64,000 bases of DNA from a virus (Duplodnaviria; Caudoviricetes): IMG/VR virus record IMGVR_UViG_3300038428_000448, positions 557 to 64,556 of that record; one strand, written 5' to 3'. The number at the start of each line of letters is the position of its first letter. The first letter of the stretch is position 1. A model generated the notes under the pieces. The model searched no databases, was not told where the DNA came from, and saw only the letters and a program-made list of their open reading frames with translations. A program made the translations under genes and the position numbers. Below are positions 58,501-64,000 of this stretch, one piece after another.

Positions 58501-60533
58501 GCATTGTAAGATGCCGAATCCATACTGTTCAAATATACCTCATCGAGGTCCAACGACCCGATGATATCATCAACATCCCAACCAAAGGAATACAACATTT
58601 CCTTTAAAGTATTCATTGGCAGACTTGAACTGATTTCATTTTTTACCTGTCTTTCAATAGGCATGGCTGCAATGTAGATGTAGATATTGTCAAAATGATG
58701 ACCTATCATGTTCAAAAAAGTCATATAATCCGAATAATTTTTTTGGTCATCAACGATATATTGAGGTATATTGGATGCCAAGCTGTCCCGGTTATTGGCG
58801 TCATATTCACCAGCCCTAGCATATTCCGAACTCACATAACTTGCACTATAAAATGACCCGGATTGAAAATTGTATTGATATCTTCCTGTATTGAACAAAT
58901 ACGACTCGAAACCATCAAATGAATTGATTAATTGGGTGCTTTGAGTGGTAAAACTACCCAATTCACTGTAATAATATTGATAAGGTATCGAAGATGACAA
59001 TGAAGCATTGTATCGGTTGTTAAGTTCTACTATCGAAGAACTTAAAGCGGTCCATTGAATCATTTTATTTTGAAAAATATTGAGCCGATTTTGTGCCGAT
59101 GAAAATATGATAAAATTATTATACTTGGTATAATCCGTATTTAATTCAGCAATCTTTTTATTAATTGTAATACTACTTTTTACCGCCGATGGATAAGATA
59201 GGTCGTTGGCTGAATATAAAGTATTTGACCCTTCTTTACTGATAAAATTTTGTGTGGCTCCAAAATTCGGAGGAGAAATTGTTATAGTCTGATATTGAAC
59301 CGGCGATTGTAAAATAGCAGTAAATATATAAGGCACCATGCTAAAATTGGACACCCAACAGGTATCCTTTATGGCAATGTCCGAAGGGAGTGCGGCTGAC
59401 AACTTTACAATGAGCGTAAGCGGGTCGGTGAGATTTATTCTTTCATCAAGATAATCATGAATCAATATTGAATAATATTTATTATTACCAAAATTTAACA
59501 CGTTTTTAAGATACCCAAAATATTTGTCTTCGTAACTTAACTGCAATGGGTCCACCCTAACATTATAAAAATATGTTACAAAAAAATCATAACAAAATTG
59601 TCTAGCATCCTTATATCCTTGGTCTTGTGAATTTAAAATTTGACCGAATTGTTCATTTAGTCTTGTATTTACAAAGCTTATGTATTGCTGCTCAAGGTCA
59701 TTGAAATCAGCAATAAGATTGTAATTTTGTAACAAGTAATTGCTATAATATGTTCTGATACCTTGAATTCTTTTAATAGTGACAGGTTGTGTAACCGTTG
59801 ATGGTGTTGGTGTTGTAAATGTATAACGTATGTAATCCTCATACATATTCCTTAACAAATTTATCACCGAAGCATCATCATTAAGAAAGAAAACAAACTT
59901 TAAAAAGGAAATACCATTTTGATATCGATTCAAAGAACTCATTTCCTCATAAATCGCATCATAAGGAAAATTTTTAGTAATGGATATCAAAACAGGAGAA
60001 ACATCACTGACAGGAAATTTCTTGACACAAAAAGAACTATATTCAATATCAAATGTATCAGATGGTATGAGTTTGATTTCTGTTCTTGACGGAGAAATAT
60101 CTTTAATGGTCAGCGATGCGGAAGGATTACCGGCCATCTGTCTTACAAAATTATAAGATACTACATAATTTCCGCTGGTAATTCCTATTCCATTCAAATC
60201 AGACGAAGGCTGAAACAGTATCGAATTGTTTTTGTAAAGAGTGAATGGATTGACCAATTGATTATATGAATAACTCACAGGTATATTGAGATTATTCAAA
60301 TACGTCAATGTGACCGTTTTCAACGTTTTATCTTGGTCGATTGTTCCCCACTTTACAAGTGTTTGGTCATCGGTAGAATACGTACCTATTTCAATAACAT
60401 CATTGGTGGAAAGTCCAAACCAAACGTCTGCACTTTGGGATACATACAATAATGATGTATCCTGCACGCTCAAAACCGAAGCGGATTGAACGCTGCCTGT
60501 GTACTCACCTAAAATTGTATATGGTAATGACAT
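55578..60533 (-). CDS. Large baseplate wedge-like protein
   Basis: 1651 aa; MIGHHFD, IYKTKGT...LLSCYG, KNVIPAR motifs; position downstream of gp6-like gene. Confidence 0.7.
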   Translation of the reverse strand: MSLPYTILGEYTGSVQSASVLSVQDTSLLYVSQSADVWFGLSTNDVIEIGTYSTDDQTLVKWGTIDQDKTLKTVTLTYLNNLNIPVSYSYNQLVNPFTLYKNNSILFQPSSDLNGIGITSGNYVVSYNFVRQMAGNPSASLTIKDISPSRTEIKLIPSDTFDIEYSSFCVKKFPVSDVSPVLISITKNFPYDAIYEEMSSLNRYQNGISFLKFVFFLNDDASVINLLRNMYEDYIRYTFTTPTPSTVTQPVTIKRIQGIRTYYSNYLLQNYNLIADFNDLEQQYISFVNTRLNEQFGQILNSQDQGYKDARQFCYDFFVTYFYNVRVDPLQLSYEDKYFGYLKNVLNFGNNKYYSILIHDYLDERINLTDPLTLIVKLSAALPSDIAIKDTCWVSNFSMVPYIFTAILQSPVQYQTITISPPNFGATQNFISKEGSNTLYSANDLSYPSAVKSSITINKKIAELNTDYTKYNNFIIFSSAQNRLNIFQNKMIQWTALSSSIVELNNRYNASLSSSIPYQYYYSELGSFTTQSTQLINSFDGFESYLFNTGRYQYNFQSGSFYSASYVSSEYARAGEYDANNRDSLASNIPQYIVDDQKNYSDYMTFLNMIGHHFDNIYIYIAAMPIERQVKNEISSSLPMNTLKEMLYSFGWDVDDIIGSLDLDEVYLNSMDSASYNALSSQQRLQTIWNRILVNLPGIYKTKGTEECVDYLLSCYGLPSSMLTIREYGGTDYASDTAPTYELDEKTYMLQFSGVGDYVEGPIPYSTMTTEFKFSIGSDPKNIYYPNFQFFPLFTSIPYPYSSSANFNWALGFYRVPGQYTGKVVFQMGSGSSGVNITSSVLPIFNGDIFSVMLRRNYPNDLFDPAIDPNVVPVEYDLTVQRNENGRTIFQSTSSAIFYDSDNDVFSQFGRFRLSNGMFKGTLDKLLIWDVPIDDDDFEEHVNDLNSYGYSGSAPYQHLWVRLNWDYPQNMYYYSGSVWINNESPYYSIPNYYVNGFPYVMPTTPWNQLPTNYSHWYDAWGADNIDDELYSASLNIIAQYWQPYYPTGSVKILAYNFPEAIGNAFSASFVGYPICQWFSQSVYPYQFQELTYQQDIDASKFGPNKYNNTRIRTLSYDLDARLDPFDRSTNNPDITVSGESNQLGFFIDPQDSKNKDILRYVGKSGIMGLIGDPSDLYENKYYGLVNKNYEYNTNGNKRTYFNELLTVYKLYFDKSIFQTIKNVIPARANAYTGVIIEPTLLERPKYKNRPITASLDISYKTPTIIKNIYNFGENLLWADFNTDWTLINSGSPQLQQTTRNSLPPNYSKVIDFKYINDPTEIKPSNMGSGYYSDYMDKIQHSFYPDFELLPRLWETASIGGPLPFNDTVPIHGSVTHETDNGRFMVEPDHGVNYSNFFFSGFNKGNHPIVYYMMKVWDRYYYYSKTGEYIRSDNPADNAYSSASLYLYKYVIFDEHYMRNLVYFTDLVYLPQYDSSSLSYTYNAGVGPSGSYLHRANTFLKTPDQTVSNILASANSLTPIIKTIFNLSINPVSQYFELASGYPRNHYSHKRQQFSKTKYGTYNQGIFIKGQETSNSTINSNGVNDGSLPIQSTNVSNVNVVNASNVIQTVPSSTVGQITPSGGGGVVTKTSITNPGGSGGHRNRIHQSGRPT

Positions 60534-60535
60534 AT

Positions 60536-61015
60536 TTATGACGATGGTGGATTTTGTTGTTCAAGCTTCATAGGAAGATACGGATATATCGTTTGAAAAT
60601 CCGTTGGAACAGAACCCTGCCCCAATTGAATTCTAAGACTGATTATCGTATTTTCAACAGATTGCATATCAGCAGAACTACTATTAATTGAACTACTAGC
60701 CACCACTGCGTTCAATTGACTTTGCAATTGAGTGTTTTTATATGTAATTGCATTAATTTGGTCAATCGCTGCTTGTGGAAATAATACCGACGAAGAGACC
60801 GAACTTGTTATTGGAACAAATTCAGTAAATGTTGGATCATAAAAAGACAACACCTTCGAATTGTTATAAACAAAATTTCCAAGTGGAAGACTAAAATACA
60901 CTTGTTGAAAAATAGACGAAGACTGATTCAAAATTTCGTTACCTACATTATCAAATTGATAATTGTATGTACCGTAATTTAGAAACCTTGCTACTTGTTG
61001 ACTGAAATCTGTCAT
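60536..61015 (-). CDS. Hypothetical structural protein
   Basis: 159 aa, DPTFTEF and short coiled coil, tightly packed in operon. Confidence 0.65.
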   Translation of the reverse strand: MTDFSQQVARFLNYGTYNYQFDNVGNEILNQSSSIFQQVYFSLPLGNFVYNNSKVLSFYDPTFTEFVPITSSVSSSVLFPQAAIDQINAITYKNTQLQSQLNAVVASSSINSSSADMQSVENTIISLRIQLGQGSVPTDFQTIYPYLPMKLEQQNPPSS

Positions 61016-61019
61016 TTTC

Positions 61020-63593
61020 TTATCTCACAATTTTAAATATATTATCGTGATCAATTGTATTGATACTTCCACTTTGTTCGACTTTGATTAAAATCCTAAA
61101 ATATCTTTCTTGTGGATAACTCGTAGTATCCAATAAGAAATAATTTCCGTTAGAATCACATGATATCTGAGTATAATTATCAAAATCGAGTATTATTTGC
61201 TCAGTTTCATTATCTTTAATCGCGTAGTATGACGATGTAGGCAAGTATTGTGGAATAAGAAATTGTGTGAATTGTGTTTGTCGGTCAAAATTTTTAAGAG
61301 GGAATTCAGGACGAGCAAAAACCCTTACTTTTATAATGTTACCGGCATTTACAGACGGTGGAAGACTCTGAATAACCGTCGTAAATGCACTTCTAACATC
61401 GACAGGAGAAAGACTACTTGAAGTAATGTTAAGACTGCTCGTGTAATCATAACTTGATGTTAATACACTGCCTGTAAACGGTGCATGAATTTTCATACCC
61501 GCTAGAAATCCGTTAATAAATATACCATCAAAAATACCATAATTAAAAACATTATTACTAGCCGACAGGCTTGTTATGGATCCAAAAGCAGGCCCACTTA
61601 CATACGAACCGGAAAATATAACATTTACAGCCGTTGGAAACATTGGTTGAGGCGAATAACTTGCACTAATGCTGGTACCAAGTATCATGGATTCATTCCA
61701 ATTACCAACCAACCATCCACGACCAAGGATATAGCCTCTAAAAAGACTTGAAGTAAATACACTTCCACTAAAAAGACCATCTATCAATGTTCCCATCACA
61801 TATGACATGGTTGCCATTGTTGGCCCACAACCATCCAGCTTTATAGACCCCGGCCCAAATTCATCTTGAAAAACATGGTCGCTCGTCCAATTATATTGAT
61901 TAAATTCATTAAATGGATGTCCCCACCCATATATGTCATGTCCTTGATATTGAGTTTGGTCCTGACCACCTTGTAAATATGATAATTGAGATGATATAAA
62001 TGACGGTACATTGGGACAGGGCGGATACATTGACGGGAATTGGCCATCAATAACCCAAAAATCTTCATTTGAATTAACCAAATAAGCTTCATCATCACCT
62101 GCTCCGGGATAAAATGGAGCAGAATAATCTGAATCATTTACCATATTAAATGCATGTGGGTGGCATTTTCTGCATTTTTTAATCAAGGTAACTATTGAAC
62201 TACTGACTGAACCGGAAAAATCACCACTAATGGACATGCTGGTTATTAAGCAATTGGCTCCTGTAACACTAATTAGTCCGCTAGCTGAACCACTAATACC
62301 CATAGTTATATTACCCACACCACTAAAACCACCATAAATTGAACCACTGATGGAACCGCTATCCGATACTATTCCTGATACGCCTGCTGGAATGGTAGCA
62401 ACATTTATACTTGAAGTAACAATACTACCGGTTGACCAAGAAAAATCACTCCACCCCACATCCAAAATTGGTTCATAAATGGTATTGGTATCCTTGCTGA
62501 AAAAACGCAAGCTCATACCCGACCCTGTTGGTGCAAATTCATCACTACTAATCAAAACAATACCATTGTTGGGCACCGTTCCACTCAACCATGCATTGAC
62601 AATCGGCGTAACATCCATATTAATGTCACCAACCTGATAATTGAACGATTGTGTAATACCCAATGATTGCACATACGATGACCCTGTAACCGCCCAAGGC
62701 GTTCCACCATCATAATCCCTGTATAACCAATTAGCTCCTTGTGTTGAACCCCCATCAGACACATAACCATTGCCCATAACCCAACTCTCAGAGATTGGAA
62801 AAGCATAAACATTGTATTGAATAGGTAAGTTAAATTCCCTTGCCACATATAACTTGAGTCGAAAAACAGGGTCAATAATATCCCCATTGGCAATTGATTG
62901 AGAAATTGATGTCAGGTCAAACTGAACCAAAGCTCGATTATTATAAGTATCTGTAACAACCTTTGTGGATTGAATATCCAAAATATCGACTCCAGCTATA
63001 TTTCCTATTAAAATTTGGCCTGTAAATCCACTAATGGAACCATTGAATATACCTGTAAAACTAGAAGACAAACTTCCCGAAATCAAGCCATTGATGGAAC
63101 CACTACCTGCCATTACCGTTTGCCACGTTGAAAACCAATTATTGTATTCGAACAATAAACCATCCCATGTGGAACCTGTTGCAAGGGAGTGAATGACAAT
63201 ACTACCACTGAATCCAGCTATACTTCCTGTCGCATTGGATGAACTATAAGGCACACCATTCACCCATCCCACCAAACTGCCTATAAAACTTCCTGAAAAA
63301 TAATCAACAATAAAAGAAACAGGATCGACACTCGTATCAAAAACATAACCTAAAATATAGGATGCAGAACCATTGAAAGAAGCGGTAGCAAGGGAACCTG
63401 AAAATCCCTGAACATGTAAATTGGTAACAAAGGAACCCGAATTAAATGGATAAATTGTGGTCGGAGAATAGACTTTCAGGGTGGTATTTTGAGTACCTAC
63501 CCTTAAAATTTCATCCAAGCCAAAATTTAGGTCTTTGAAGCCTGTGGTATCGGTTATGAAAGTATCTTGTGATGGATAAATGAAATGGTGCAT
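61020..63593 (-). CDS. Structural protein with DNRLRE/disaggregatase-like domain and SGS-rich insertions
   Basis: DTFI....NFG..EIL, RALVQFDL, ESW..G, MDVT.IV.AW, NNGIVL, FFSKD...P.L.V.W. Confidence 0.7.
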   Translation of the reverse strand: MHHFIYPSQDTFITDTTGFKDLNFGLDEILRVGTQNTTLKVYSPTTIYPFNSGSFVTNLHVQGFSGSLATASFNGSASYILGYVFDTSVDPVSFIVDYFSGSFIGSLVGWVNGVPYSSSNATGSIAGFSGSIVIHSLATGSTWDGLLFEYNNWFSTWQTVMAGSGSINGLISGSLSSSFTGIFNGSISGFTGQILIGNIAGVDILDIQSTKVVTDTYNNRALVQFDLTSISQSIANGDIIDPVFRLKLYVAREFNLPIQYNVYAFPISESWVMGNGYVSDGGSTQGANWLYRDYDGGTPWAVTGSSYVQSLGITQSFNYQVGDINMDVTPIVNAWLSGTVPNNGIVLISSDEFAPTGSGMSLRFFSKDTNTIYEPILDVGWSDFSWSTGSIVTSSINVATIPAGVSGIVSDSGSISGSIYGGFSGVGNITMGISGSASGLISVTGANCLITSMSISGDFSGSVSSSIVTLIKKCRKCHPHAFNMVNDSDYSAPFYPGAGDDEAYLVNSNEDFWVIDGQFPSMYPPCPNVPSFISSQLSYLQGGQDQTQYQGHDIYGWGHPFNEFNQYNWTSDHVFQDEFGPGSIKLDGCGPTMATMSYVMGTLIDGLFSGSVFTSSLFRGYILGRGWLVGNWNESMILGTSISASYSPQPMFPTAVNVIFSGSYVSGPAFGSITSLSASNNVFNYGIFDGIFINGFLAGMKIHAPFTGSVLTSSYDYTSSLNITSSSLSPVDVRSAFTTVIQSLPPSVNAGNIIKVRVFARPEFPLKNFDRQTQFTQFLIPQYLPTSSYYAIKDNETEQIILDFDNYTQISCDSNGNYFLLDTTSYPQERYFRILIKVEQSGSINTIDHDNIFKIVR

Positions 63594-63595
63594 AT

Positions 63596-64000
63596 TTACA
63601 TCGTGGTTCCTTGTATATCACTATTTGGATATTTTACTTCAAAAATTGACGGGTCAAGAGAAGGATATATCATATCATTTTGAGTTGCGGCAGCAATATC
63701 ATATGCCACCGGAGAATAATTTCCACCGTTGGTTGTCAATGGCGTTAAATTGGTAACATTCAATGACACAACCGTTTGAACTCCCTCAACCTTGGCAATT
63801 TCCAATCGTAAACTACTTAAACTGATGGGTTGTGAAAATTCCCATTTATTAATATCAAAGAAAGCCTGAACAGCAGCAATTGCATTGGCTAAGACATCTT
63901 TTTTATTATAACCTTTAAAAACACTGATGGTAAATTCCACACCTATGTTGATGATATAACCATCAATGACATTAATGCCATCCGTCAACATTCTATAACG
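63596..64000 (-). CDS. Baseplate wedge protein (gp6-like), C-terminal fragment
   Basis: Frame open to the window end (RYRMLTDGIN); INIGVEF, VEGVQTV, YPSLDPSIFEVKYPNSDI.G. Confidence 0.8.
   Translation of the reverse strand, partial: RYRMLTDGINVIDGYIINIGVEFTISVFKGYNKKDVLANAIAAVQAFFDINKWEFSQPISLSSLRLEIAKVEGVQTVVSLNVTNLTPLTTNGGNYSPVAYDIAAATQNDMIYPSLDPSIFEVKYPNSDIQGTTM

Noticed and set aside
1-64000. Stop-codon reassignment
   Set aside because: Core genes are full-length under the standard code, and TAA, TAG and TGA all end genes.

Overview
This window is a 64-kb segment of a large T4-like (myovirus-type) dsDNA phage genome, AT-rich, standard genetic code, mostly encoded on the minus strand. 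Reading right to left it holds: a baseplate/tail module (47.2-64 kb); a small DNA-metabolism block (RuvC-like resolvase, primase, fused Mre11/Rad50, 40-47 kb); terminase, portal and prohead protease (27.9-36.6 kb); an accessory island under sigma70-type promoters (NADAR, HD-like protein, GDP-mannose-epimerase-like enzyme, nucleotidyltransferase, 20.9-27.2 kb); an inverted plus-strand cassette (17.2-20.9 kb); scaffold and major capsid protein (13.5-17 kb); and fibre genes including a 2833-aa fibre with a pectate-lyase-like beta-helix. Best candidate for an undescribed system: a set of apparent capsid-cargo proteins and polyproteins with a shared basic/amphipathic leader and modules separated by hydrophobic-X-Glu prohead-protease-like sites. 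Other notable signals are a late-promoter-like motif TATTTATA (reverse complement of the T4 late promoter), an A9 frameshift candidate joining two ORFs, an RBS-sequestering hairpin with a promoter-like motif in its loop, and pervasive [ST]-[GAS]-S tripeptides in external virion proteins. All calls come from motif recognition by eye; no searches were run. No tRNA, rRNA, CRISPR array or integrase was seen.
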